Source: Escherichia coli O127:H6 str. E2348/69
GTDB lineage: Bacteria > Pseudomonadota > Gammaproteobacteria > Enterobacterales > Enterobacteriaceae
NCBI RefSeq assembly: GCF_000026545.1
Contig: NC_011601.1
Direction: 5' to 3' (one strand)
Length of the DNA: 64,000 nt
The notes beneath the pieces were generated by a model that ran no database searches, had not been told where the DNA came from, and worked only from the letters and a program-made list of their open reading frames with translations. The position numbers and the translations under genes are program-made. Shown here one piece after another: positions 1 through 9,318 of the stretch; the first letter of the stretch is position 1; each line of letters opens with the position of its first letter.

Positions 1-524
1 CTGGCGATTTCCAGCGCCGCCCGGTCAGGGCGCAGGGTGAAACCTGTCATCACCTGTAAACCGTGCATCGGCTCCGTTTCGCCGACCCACACCGTCTGTG
101 CGCCGTCGTCATGGGCTTCGAGGGTGAAATCAACGGGCATAAAGGTAGTCGGGCGATGGTGTTGCGGCCAGTTAAACTCAATCCCGCCGGAGATCCACGG
201 CCCCAGCAGTCCCACCAGCGCCGGTTTAATGACTTCATTGTGATAAACAAAATCGCGCTGTTTCACTTTATCCCACGCGCGATGCACCCGACCGCCCAGT
301 TCCGGCAGGATCATCACTTTGATGTAGTCGTTTTCCAGCCACACCGCCTGCCAGGATTTCAGGGTTTTCTGCTCGCTCAGCGTATCGGTCACGCCGTAGG
401 GATAAACCGCGCCGGACGATCCCTGATAAACGCGATTTTCCAGGAACATGGGATGTATATCCTGCGGCCCGGTTTCATAGGTCGGGATCTCAACGCGCTC
501 TTGCCACACTTTTACTGGAGTCAT
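1..524 (-). CDS. yphG: N-terminal part of a large conserved protein (gene continues beyond window start); reverse-strand ATG at 522-524
   Basis: Reverse translation from 524 gives MTPVKVWQERVEIPTYETGPQDIHPMFLENRVYQG with no stops to the window edge; position upstream of and divergent from yphH fits K-12 synteny. Symbol assigned from synteny, not from verified sequence identity. Confidence 0.6.
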   Translation of the reverse strand, partial: MTPVKVWQERVEIPTYETGPQDIHPMFLENRVYQGSSGAVYPYGVTDTLSEQKTLKSWQAVWLENDYIKVMILPELGGRVHRAWDKVKQRDFVYHNEVIKPALVGLLGPWISGGIEFNWPQHHRPTTFMPVDFTLEAHDDGAQTVWVGETEPMHGLQVMTGFTLRPDRAALEIA

Positions 525-641
525 GGTGCCCTCAATATTAACAAGACATACTGAATTAAAAGATTTGTGGCAGTGTATTGAACAATCTGGCAATGTTTTC
601 GCGGAATAATCACGCAATTAACTAAACAAGGTTTAGTGAAG

Positions 642-1835
642 ATGAGAGCCTGCATTAACAATCAACAGATTCGCCACCATAACAAATGCGTGATTCTGGA
701 ACTGCTGTACCGGCAAAAGCGCGCCAATAAATCAACGCTGGCCCGGCTGGCGCAAATTTCGATTCCGGCGGTCAGTAATATTTTGCAGGAACTGGAAAGC
801 GAAAAACGGGTGGTGAATATCGACGATGAAAGCCAGACGCGCGGGCATAGTAGCGGTACATGGCTGATTGCGCCGGAAGGAGACTGGACGCTGTGCCTGA
901 ACGTGACGCCCACCAGCATTGAGTGTCAGGTCGCTAATGCCTGTTTAAGTCCGAAAGGCGAATTTGAACGCTTTCAGATTGACGCTCCAACGCCGCAGGC
1001 GCTGCTGTCCGAAATCGAAAAATGCTGGCATCGCCACCGTAAATTGTGGCCGGACCGCACCATCAATCTGGCTCTGGCAATCCACGGTCAGGTTGATCCA
1101 GTGACCGGCGTGTCGCAAACCATGCCGCAAGCGCCGTGGGCAACACCGATTGAGGTGAAGTACCTGCTGGAAGAGAAGCTGGATATTCGGGTAATAGTCG
1201 ATAATGACTGCGTGATGCTGGCGCTGGCGGAGAAATGGCAAAATAATTCGCAAGTGCGTGATTTCTGCGTAATCAACGTTGATTACGGCATTGGCTCGTC
1301 GTTCGTGATTAACGAACAAATTTATCGCGGCAGTTTGTATGGCAGTGGACAGATTGGCCACACCATCGTTAATCCGGATGGCGTCGTCTGCGACTGCGGG
1401 CGTTATGGCTGCCTGGAAACCGTCGCCTCGTTAAGCGCATTAAAAAAACAGGCGCGGGTATGGCTAAAATCACAACCGGTTAATACTCAGCTTGATCCTG
1501 AAAAATTGACTACCGCGCAGTTAATCGCTGCCTGGCAGAGTGGAGAACCGTGGATCACCAGTTGGGTTGACCACAGTGCCAACGCCATTGGTTTGAGTCT
1601 GTATAACTTCCTCAACATCCTCAATATTAATCAGATTTGGTTGTACGGTCGCAGTTGTGCCTTTGGTGAGAACTGGCTTAATACCATTATTCGCCAGACG
1701 GGATTTAACCCGTTCGACCGCGACGAAGGACCGAGCGTGAAAGCGACACAGATTGGCTTTGGGCAATTAAGCCGCGCACAACAGGTACTGGGAATTGGCT
1801 ATTTGTATGTTGAGGCGCAGTTACGGCAGATTTGA
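642..1835 (+). CDS. yphH: ROK/NagC-family transcriptional regulator (397 aa)
   Basis: ORF track 636..1835; ATG at 642 gives 397 aa; N-terminal HTH-like region plus ROK-type CxCGxxGCxE motif (CDCGRYGCLE); synteny next to glyA. Confidence 0.85.
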   Translation: MRACINNQQIRHHNKCVILELLYRQKRANKSTLARLAQISIPAVSNILQELESEKRVVNIDDESQTRGHSSGTWLIAPEGDWTLCLNVTPTSIECQVANACLSPKGEFERFQIDAPTPQALLSEIEKCWHRHRKLWPDRTINLALAIHGQVDPVTGVSQTMPQAPWATPIEVKYLLEEKLDIRVIVDNDCVMLALAEKWQNNSQVRDFCVINVDYGIGSSFVINEQIYRGSLYGSGQIGHTIVNPDGVVCDCGRYGCLETVASLSALKKQARVWLKSQPVNTQLDPEKLTTAQLIAAWQSGEPWITSWVDHSANAIGLSLYNFLNILNINQIWLYGRSCAFGENWLNTIIRQTGFNPFDRDEGPSVKATQIGFGQLSRAQQVLGIGYLYVEAQLRQI

Positions 1836-1852
1836 TGGCGCGATAACGTAGA

Positions 1853-1878
1853 AAGGCTTCCCGAAGGAAGCCTTTTTT
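1853..1878 (+). terminator. Intrinsic terminator after yphH: 9 bp stem aaggcttcc/ggaagcctt, loop cgaa, then T6
   Basis: Hairpin plus T-run read directly from sequence between convergent yphH and glyA. Confidence 0.7.
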
Positions 1879-1898
1879 CAACAGATTAACCGTTTCGC

Positions 1899-3152
1899 TT
1901 ATGCGTAAACCGGGTAACGTGCGCAGATGTCGAGAACTTTACCTTTGATGCGCTCGATAACGGCTTCATCATTGATGCTATCCAGCACGTCACACATCCA
2001 GCCAGCCAGTTCTTTCGCTTCGGCTTCTTTAAAGCCACGACGGGTAATCGCCGGAGTACCTACACGAATACCGGAAGTCACAAATGGGCTCTTCGGATCG
2101 TTCGGTACGCTGTTTTTGTTGACGGTGATGTTAGCACGGCCCAGAGCGGCGTCTGCTTCTTTACCGGTCAGGTTTTTATCAACCAGATCAACCAGGAACA
2201 GGTGGTTATCAGTACCACCAGAAACCACTTTGTAGCCGCGTTCGAGGAACACTTCTACCATCGCTTTGGCGTTTTTCGCGACCTGCTGCTGGTAAGTTTT
2301 GAACTCAGGTTCCATTGCTTCTTTCAGAGCAACCGCTTTACCGGCGATTACGTGCATCAACGGACCGCCCTGACCACCAGGGAAAACGGCAGAGTTCAGT
2401 TTTTTGTACAGCTCTTCGCTACCACCTTTCGCCAGGATCAGGCCGCCGCGCGGACCCGCCAGGGTTTTGTGAGTGGTGGTAGTTACTACGTGAGCATGAG
2501 GAACCGGGTTAGGGTAGACGCCAGCGGCAACCAGGCCCGCAACGTGCGCCATATCAACGAACAGGTAAGCACCGATGCTGTCAGCGATTTCACGCATTTT
2601 CGCCCAGTCCACCACGCCGGAATATGCAGAGAAGCCACCGATAATCATTTTCGGTTTGTGTTCTTTGGCTTGTTTTTCCAGATCGGCGTAGTCGATATGA
2701 CCGGTAGCATCGATACCGTAAGGAACGATGTTGTACAGTTTACCGGAGAAGTTAACCGGAGAACCGTGAGTCAGGTGACCGCCATGCGCCAGATTCATAC
2801 CCAGAACGGTATCGCCTGGTTCCAGCAACGCGGTGTAGACCGCAAAGTTAGCCTGGGAGCCGGAGTGCGGCTGGACGTTAGCGTAGTCAGCGCCGAACAG
2901 TTCTTTCGCACGATCGATCGCCAGTTGTTCAACGATATCAACATACTCGCAACCGCCGTAGTAGCGTTTGCCCGGATAACCTTCAGCATATTTGTTGGTC
3001 AGCTGAGAACCCTGCGCCTGCATTACGCGCGGGCTGGTGTAGTTTTCGGAGGCGATCAGTTCGATGTGCTCTTCCTGACGTACTTTTTCCTGCTCCATAG
3101 CCTGCCACAGTTCGGCATCATAATCGGCAATGTTCATTTCACGCTTTAACAT
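1899..3152 (-). CDS. glyA: Serine hydroxymethyltransferase (417 aa)
   Basis: ORF track 1899..3158; translation [70 protein letters not shown] matches GlyA; start taken at the Met giving 417 aa. Confidence 0.97.
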
Positions 3153-3430
3153 CCGCATCTCCTGACTCAGCTAACAATAAAATTTTTGGCCTTTATAGGC
3201 GGTCCTGTTGGACAACGGCGAACAGTATAACCGAATCATTGTGCGATAACAGGTCTTGACAAAGGAATTTACGCAAACGATTACCTTCAGGCTACGCAAG
3301 GCTTTGGAGAATAAAGAGCTTGCAACCGGAAACGGATTTCTTTTCAGGTTTGTGATGCAAATTTTTCACTTCATCACATTCTTTCTGAAAAACACCAAAG
3401 AACCATTTACATTGCAGGGCTATTTTTTAT

Positions 3431-3453
3431 AAGATGCATTTGAGATACATCAA
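3431..3453 (+). promoter_or_regulatory. Candidate NsrR operator in the hmp promoter (aagatgcatttgagatacatcaa)
   Basis: AAGATGCATTT half-site with imperfect inverted partner about 30 bp upstream of hmp ATG; NsrR repression of hmp is established, exact site assignment here is by pattern only. Confidence 0.45.
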
Positions 3454-3479
3454 TTAAGATGCAAAAAAAGGAAGACCAT

Positions 3480-4670
3480 ATGCTTGACGCTCAAACCATC
3501 GCTACAGTAAAAGCCACCATCCCTTTACTGGTGGAAACGGGCCCAAAGTTAACCGCCCATTTCTACGACCGTATGTTTACTCATAACCCAGAACTCAAAG
3601 AAATTTTTAACATGAGTAACCAGCGTAATGGCGATCAACGTGAAGCCCTGTTTAACGCTATTGCCGCCTACGCCAGCAATATTGAAAACCTGCCTGCGCT
3701 GCTGCCAGCGGTAGAAAAAATCGCGCAGAAGCACACCAGTTTCCAGATCAAACCGGAACAGTACAACATCGTCGGTGAACACCTGTTGGCAACGCTGGAC
3801 GAAATGTTCAGCCCGGGACAGGAAGTGCTGGACGCGTGGGGTAAAGCCTATGGCGTACTGGCTAATGTATTTATCAATCGCGAGGCGGAAATCTATAACG
3901 AAAACGCCAGCAAAGCCGGTGGTTGGGAAGGAACTCGCGATTTCCGCATTGTGGCTAAAACACCACGCAGCGCACTTATCACCAGCTTCGAACTGGAGCC
4001 GGTCGACGGTGGCGCAGTGGCAGAATACCATCCGGGGCAATATCTCGGCGTCTGGCTGAAGCCGGAAGGTTTCCCGCATCAGGAAATTCGTCAGTACTCT
4101 TTGACTCGCAAACCGGATGGCAAAGGCTATCGTATTGCGGTGAAACGCGAAGAGGGTGGGCAGGTATCCAACTGGCTGCACAATCACGCCAATGTTGGCG
4201 ATGTCGTGAAACTGGTCGCTCCGGCAGGTGATTTCTTTATGGCTGTCGCAGATGACACACCAGTGACGTTAATCTCTGCCGGTGTCGGTCAAACGCCAAT
4301 GCTGGCAATGCTCGACACGCTGGCAAAAGCAGGCCACACAGCACAAGTGAACTGGTTCCATGCGGCAGAAAATGGCGATGTTCACGCCTTTGCTGATGAA
4401 GTTAAGGAACTGGGGCTGTCACTGCCGCGCTTTACCGCGCACACCTGGTATCGTCAGCCGAATGAAGCCGATCGCGCTAAAGGTCAGTTTGATAGCGAAG
4501 GTCTGATGGATTTGAGCAAACTGGAAGGTGCGTTCAGCGATCCGACAATGCAGTTCTATCTCTGCGGCCCGGTTGGCTTCATGCAGTTTGCCGCGAAACA
4601 GTTAGTGGATCTGGGCGTGAAGCAGGAAAACATTCATTACGAATGCTTTGGCCCGCATAAGGTGCTGTGA
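3480..4670 (+). CDS. hmp: Flavohemoprotein / nitric oxide dioxygenase (396 aa)
   Basis: ORF track 3459..4670; translation from [33 protein letters not shown] with globin, FAD and NAD domains; length 396 aa from ATG at 3480. Confidence 0.97.
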   Translation: MLDAQTIATVKATIPLLVETGPKLTAHFYDRMFTHNPELKEIFNMSNQRNGDQREALFNAIAAYASNIENLPALLPAVEKIAQKHTSFQIKPEQYNIVGEHLLATLDEMFSPGQEVLDAWGKAYGVLANVFINREAEIYNENASKAGGWEGTRDFRIVAKTPRSALITSFELEPVDGGAVAEYHPGQYLGVWLKPEGFPHQEIRQYSLTRKPDGKGYRIAVKREEGGQVSNWLHNHANVGDVVKLVAPAGDFFMAVADDTPVTLISAGVGQTPMLAMLDTLAKAGHTAQVNWFHAAENGDVHAFADEVKELGLSLPRFTAHTWYRQPNEADRAKGQFDSEGLMDLSKLEGAFSDPTMQFYLCGPVGFMQFAAKQLVDLGVKQENIHYECFGPHKVL

Positions 4671-4676
4671 TTTGAT

Positions 4677-4702
4677 GTTGCCGGATGGAAACATCCGGCA
4701 AC
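4677..4702. other. Hairpin gttgccggatg-gaaa-catccggcaac between convergent hmp and glnB (terminator-like, no strong U-run)
   Basis: 11 bp perfect inverted repeat seen in sequence. Confidence 0.4.
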
Positions 4703-4714
4703 CCTTGACGCGTT

Positions 4715-5089
<375 letters not shown>

Positions 5090-5113
5090 CTAAACGTAAC
5101 ACATAACGCCAAT

Positions 5114-6448
5114 TCATTCCTTGAAATCGTTTGCATCCAGTTCGTGTCGGGAAAGCAGTTTATAAAATTCTGTCCGGTTGCGCCCCGCCATTCTCGCCGC
5201 GTGGGTGACGTTGCCTTTGGTGATTTGCAGCAGCTTACGCAAATAGTTGAGTTCAAACTGATTACGTGCCTCTACAAAAGTTGGCAGCGCCGTATTTTCC
5301 CCCTCCAGCGCCTGCTCTACTAATGCATCGCTAATCACCGGAGATGATGTCAGCGCCACGCACTGTTCAATCACGTTGACCAACTGGCGCACATTACCCG
5401 GCCAGCTCGCGGTCATCAGGCGTTTCATCGCATCGGTGGAGAACGCGCGGACAAACGGTTTATGTCGCTCTGCCGCCTGGCGCAACAGGTGATTTGCCAG
5501 TAGCGGAATGTCTTCTGTGCGCTCCGCCAGTGCCGGAATTTTCAGGCTGACAACATTGAGGCGGTAATAAAGATCTTCACGGAATTCCCCACGCGCCATC
5601 GCTTTTGGCAGGTCGCGGTGAGTGGCGGAAATAATCCGCACGTCAATATCAATATCGCGGTTACTGCCCAGCGGGCGCACTTTACGCTCCTGCAACACGC
5701 GCAGCAGTTTGACCTGCAACGGTGCGGGCATATCGCCAATCTCATCGAGAAATAGCGTACCGCCTTCCGCCGCCTGGAATAAACCTTCGCGATTGCTGAC
5801 AGCGCCAGTAAACGCGCCACGCGCATGACCAAATAGCTCCGACTCCAGCAATTGCTCGGGTAATGCGCCACAGTTAATAGCAATAAATGGCTTGCTGTTG
5901 CGCGGGCTGGCGTTGTGGATAGCCTGGGCGAAAATCTCTTTCCCGGTGCCGCTCTGGCCGTTAATCAAAACGCTAACGTCTGATTGTGCCACCAGCCGCG
6001 CCTGTTCCAGCAAGCGCAGCATCAGCGGGCTGCGGGTGACAATCGCCTCGCGCCAACGTTCGTCGGTGGCTGGCGCGGATTGTTCCAGCGCATCGTCAAT
6101 TGCCTGATATAGCGCATCTTTATCGACAGGCTTGGTGAGAAAACTGAACACGCCCTGCTGTGTTGCAGCAACGGCATCAGGAATAGAACCATGCGCGGTA
6201 AGAATAATTACTGGCATTCCCGGCTGCACTTTCTGGATTTCAGCAAACAGCTGCATACCGTCCATTTCATCCATCCGCAGGTCGCTGATGACTAAATCTA
6301 CTTTTTCGCGATTCAGTACCCGCAATCCTTCAGCACCACTTTCCGCCGTGACCACACTGTAGCCTTCGCTGGTCAGGCGCAGGCCAAGCAGTTTCAGCAA
6401 TCCCGGATCGTCATCGACCAGTAATAAATGCGCAGGTTTATGGCTCAT
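5114..6448 (-). CDS. glrR: Sigma54-dependent response regulator GlrR (444 aa)
   Basis: ORF track 5114..6550; receiver domain ([17 protein letters not shown]), AAA+ sigma54-activator motifs (GESGTGKE-like) and C-terminal HTH; start placed at [14 protein letters not shown] giving 444 aa. Confidence 0.95.
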   Translation of the reverse strand: MSHKPAHLLLVDDDPGLLKLLGLRLTSEGYSVVTAESGAEGLRVLNREKVDLVISDLRMDEMDGMQLFAEIQKVQPGMPVIILTAHGSIPDAVAATQQGVFSFLTKPVDKDALYQAIDDALEQSAPATDERWREAIVTRSPLMLRLLEQARLVAQSDVSVLINGQSGTGKEIFAQAIHNASPRNSKPFIAINCGALPEQLLESELFGHARGAFTGAVSNREGLFQAAEGGTLFLDEIGDMPAPLQVKLLRVLQERKVRPLGSNRDIDIDVRIISATHRDLPKAMARGEFREDLYYRLNVVSLKIPALAERTEDIPLLANHLLRQAAERHKPFVRAFSTDAMKRLMTASWPGNVRQLVNVIEQCVALTSSPVISDALVEQALEGENTALPTFVEARNQFELNYLRKLLQITKGNVTHAARMAGRNRTEFYKLLSRHELDANDFKE

Positions 6449-7151
6449 CAGGAGTGACCTCATCGGTGGATGGCGCGGGCTTTTCACTCTCGTGCGGCGT
6501 ATCCGGCGAGAAATTTCCAGCCGGTTTGCGGGTCGAGAGCTGGCGTTCAATATCGGTCAGGTTTTCCAGCTTGCGGGTAGTGAGTTCCAGTTGCTGTTGT
6601 AGAACGTGATGTTGCTGGCGCAAAGTATCCAGCTCGCTGTCGCTGGACTGCTGGAGTTTGCTGTAGCGTTGGCGCTCTTCCACCAGTTGCAGTTGCAGCG
6701 CCTGACCGTCGCGCCAAAGTTGATACAGTGGGCGAACCTGTGCCGGGATCTTGGTACTTAGCGCATCAATGCGCGCGACCAGCTGGCGGCGCTCATACGG
6801 CGTAATTTTGGCGTCGGCGAGCAAAATCCCTTGTTTAAAGGTATTTTGCCAGTTGCCGTCGTCATATTGGCGGGCTTGCTGACGCGACTGCGCAGGCATT
6901 AAACGATCAGCACAATCCATCGCCCGCAGCCAGTAAAGCGGATTGGTTTCGGTTGATTTACCTTGCAGCGCCCAGATGTCGCTACATTCAGTAGAAAGAT
7001 AGTCAGCCAGTTGATAAACCGGAATTTTTTCTTCTGCTGGCGTATCAATGGCTGGCTTATTGTGACTCTGCACGCAACCCAGCAATGCCAGACATGGCAG
7101 CCCTGCCAGCCACAGCCGTCGGGGCAATAATCGTTGAAAAATGTGTCGCAT
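6438..7151 (-). CDS. qseG: Outer-membrane lipoprotein QseG/YfhG (237 aa)
   Basis: ORF track 6438..7157; signal/lipobox LAGLPCLALLGCVQ; 3' end overlaps glrR start, consistent with the glrK-qseG-glrR operon. Confidence 0.9.
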   Translation of the reverse strand: MRHIFQRLLPRRLWLAGLPCLALLGCVQSHNKPAIDTPAEEKIPVYQLADYLSTECSDIWALQGKSTETNPLYWLRAMDCADRLMPAQSRQQARQYDDGNWQNTFKQGILLADAKITPYERRQLVARIDALSTKIPAQVRPLYQLWRDGQALQLQLVEERQRYSKLQQSSDSELDTLRQQHHVLQQQLELTTRKLENLTDIERQLSTRKPAGNFSPDTPHESEKPAPSTDEVTPDEP

Positions 7152-7315
7152 ATTCACCAGACTTAAAGCCTATCCCAGTGGGCGTAATTGTTGCAGGCAG
7201 TTTGGACATGGACAGCGCGGAGAAACCGGAGCGTACATGTCGTACGTGAAGATTTCGAGCACTGCCCGGGGCCAAACTGGCAAATAAAATAGCCTGATGG
7301 GATAGGCTGTTAGCA

Positions 7316-8743
7316 TTATTTCGTGTTTTTCGACGACGGTAATTCAATGCGGAAACAAACATCTTGCCCGCTCTCGTCGACCAGATACAGTTCCCCTTGC
7401 ATACGGCGAATACAATCCCTGGCAATGCTTAATCCCAGACCGCTGCCCTTCACCGCCCCTTTTCGCTGGTGGCTTCCCTGAAAAAAGGGTTCGAAGATCA
7501 TGGCGCGTTCCTCTTGCGGAATGGGCGTGCCTGTATTGATGACATCAATATAAACCCGCGCACCATGTAAACTGCTGCGAAGGCAAATGTTACCGGATTC
7601 AGCCCCGTAGTGCACCGCATTGGAGTAAAGATTATCCAGTACGCTCATCAGCAGCATTGGCTCCGCCAGGCAAGCTGTTGCTTTGAGATCAACGTCGGTA
7701 TGCATCATTTTAGCCCGTGCGGGCAGGCTATGAGCAGAAACCACTGTCTCCACCAGCGGTGCTAACTCAACATTCTCCAGTTCCACCGCACTGTCCGCCT
7801 GTTTACGGTTGTAATCAAGCAGTTGTTCGATCAGCTTTTGCAAATTGCGGCTGCTGCTATCAAGAATGCTCACCACCTCTTTTTGCTCTGGCGTAAGCGG
7901 CCCGACAACCTGATCAGCCAGTAATTCAGTGCCCTCGCGCATACTCGCCAGTGGCGTTTTTAATTCATGAGATAAATGTCTTAAAAATTGATGGCGTTGG
8001 GATTCCAGCCATGACAGGCGCTCACTTAACCAAAGAATACGTTGCCCAACCGAGCGTAACTCGCTCGGTCCACTGAACGAGACGCTATTGCCCAGAGAAC
8101 GCCCTTCCCCCAGCCGGTTGATCATGCGCTCGATATTTTTCACCGGACCGATAATCATCCTCGTGAAAAGCAGTACCATCACCAGACTCACCAGAAATAG
8201 CACCAGCGATTGCCAACCAAAATATTGCCCACGTTCGGCGATTTCACGCTGAAGTTGCTGCCCACGAGAGAACACTACTGTGCGCGTGGCCTGCACCATT
8301 TCGGTATTGGCACTGGCAAAGGCTTCCAGACGCGCGGCGGCAGCAGCATCGGGACCGCTGTTGTTACACTGAAGTTGAGCCAGATTGTTCAAATCCTGAC
8401 GTAATGCCTGGTAGAGTTTATCGTCCGGCAGCACGCCTGCGTGGGCATCGAGCATTTCGCTGTAACGCTTGCGCTGGCTTTGATAAACCTTCGCAAGCGT
8501 AGGGTCGTCCAGCACGCAGTACTGACGATAGCTGCGCTCCATCTCCAGTGCCGCGTTGGTCATCGCTTCACTGCGCCGGGCATCAATAAGCGTAGTGCGG
8601 TTAACCAGCGCCGCCTGATCGCTAAGTGCATTCAGGCTTTGCCAGGCTTGCCATGCCAGCACCAACAGGGGCAGCAGAATCAGCAAAAATGCCAGCATTA
8701 CCAGTTGTCGTAATGAGCGGGGAAAAACGGGCCAGCGTTTCAA
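7316..8743 (-). CDS. glrK: Sensor histidine kinase GlrK (475 aa), TTG start
   Basis: ORF track 7316..8806; HisKA H-box (HELKTPL) and HATPase motifs; the 475 aa product starting (M)KRWPVFPRSL requires the TTG at 8741-8743. Confidence 0.93.
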   Translation of the reverse strand: MKRWPVFPRSLRQLVMLAFLLILLPLLVLAWQAWQSLNALSDQAALVNRTTLIDARRSEAMTNAALEMERSYRQYCVLDDPTLAKVYQSQRKRYSEMLDAHAGVLPDDKLYQALRQDLNNLAQLQCNNSGPDAAAAARLEAFASANTEMVQATRTVVFSRGQQLQREIAERGQYFGWQSLVLFLVSLVMVLLFTRMIIGPVKNIERMINRLGEGRSLGNSVSFSGPSELRSVGQRILWLSERLSWLESQRHQFLRHLSHELKTPLASMREGTELLADQVVGPLTPEQKEVVSILDSSSRNLQKLIEQLLDYNRKQADSAVELENVELAPLVETVVSAHSLPARAKMMHTDVDLKATACLAEPMLLMSVLDNLYSNAVHYGAESGNICLRSSLHGARVYIDVINTGTPIPQEERAMIFEPFFQGSHQRKGAVKGSGLGLSIARDCIRRMQGELYLVDESGQDVCFRIELPSSKNTK

Positions 8744-8797
8744 GGCGTTACTCTCGTCAGACGCGAATAGCCTGATGCTAACCGAGGGGAAGTTCAG

Positions 8798-8985
8798 ATA
8801 CAACAAAGCCGGGAATTACCCGGCTTTGTTACGGAATAAGGCGGTGCCTAACTCGACGTTTCGCCCGATGGTTGATATAGCTACGCTGATATCAGAAGTT
8901 GGACGGCAGGCACCTTGTTGTGCGTCATTCGAATTTTATGTAGCACGTCCCGAAGGGGCTGACATAAGTCGGTGAATGAGCCACT
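8798..8985 (-). ncRNA. glmY: Small RNA GlmY
   Basis: Reverse complement reads AGTGGCTCATTCACCGACTTATGTCAGCCCCTTCGGGACGTGCTACATAAAATTCGAATGACGCACAACAAGGTGCC..., ending in hairpin AAAGCCGGGTAATTCCCGGCTTTGTT; recognised as glmY by sequence and by position upstream of glrK. Confidence 0.9.
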
Positions 8986-8996
8986 GCTTACTATTA

Positions 8997-9012
8997 TGCA
9001 GTAACTGTGCCA
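8997..9012 (-). promoter_or_regulatory. Sigma54 promoter of glmY (TGGCAC-N5-CTGCA), 12 nt upstream of the glmY 5' end
   Basis: Reverse complement tggcacagttactgca matches the -24/-12 consensus with correct spacing to the glmY start at 8985. Confidence 0.85.
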
Positions 9013-9101
9013 ATAAAGAAAATAGTTTGGTAACATACTGATTATACGCTGCTTTGAGGGGTTTATGGCTTCTCCGCTATTTGAATGTAAATCAGCCACT
9101 G

Positions 9102-9215
9102 TGTCGCTAAAAAGAGACAACTTAAGATAAACTTATTAGATAATATTAAAATCAATGAGTTAAGTGTCACCAAAAAGCGACACGGCAAACCACCCATTGT
9201 CGTGATTTAAAGACA
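9102..9215 (-). promoter_or_regulatory. Three GlrR-type boxes TGTC-N10-GACA (9102-9119, 9165-9182, 9198-9215) upstream of the glmY sigma54 promoter
   Basis: tgtcgctaaaaagagaca, tgtcaccaaaaagcgaca and tgtcgtgatttaaagaca read directly; the arrangement matches the known GlrR activator sites of glmY. Confidence 0.8.
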
Positions 9216-9241
9216 CAAAAAAGCTCCCGAAGTTGGGAGCT
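9214..9241 (-). terminator. Intrinsic terminator of purL (stem agctccc/gggagct then U-run on minus strand)
   Basis: Hairpin followed by A6 on the plus strand (T6 on minus), downstream of the purL stop. Confidence 0.75.
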
Positions 9242-9261
9242 CATAATAGCGGTTGGTGCTT

Positions 9262-9296
9262 AATGCCGGATGCGGCGTGAATGCCTCATCCGGGCT
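9262..9296. repeat. REP (repetitive extragenic palindrome) element
   Basis: gccggatgcggcgtgaatgcctcatccgggc matches the REP consensus GCCGGATGCGGCGTGAACGCCTTATCCGGCCTAC. Confidence 0.8.
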
Positions 9297-9318
9297 GCAA
9301 TACCAATGGGTTGACGAC

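Noticed and set aside
63-554. 163-aa plus-strand ORF at the window start
   Set aside because: Antisense to the yphG N-terminal coding region, whose reverse-strand frame is open to the window edge and starts with a good ATG at 522-524.
2202-3149. 315-aa plus-strand ORF antisense to glyA (similar antisense ORFs occur in hmp, glrR, pdxJ, lepA, srmB, clpB)
   Set aside because: Fully overlapped by well-supported conserved genes on the other strand; no independent signals.
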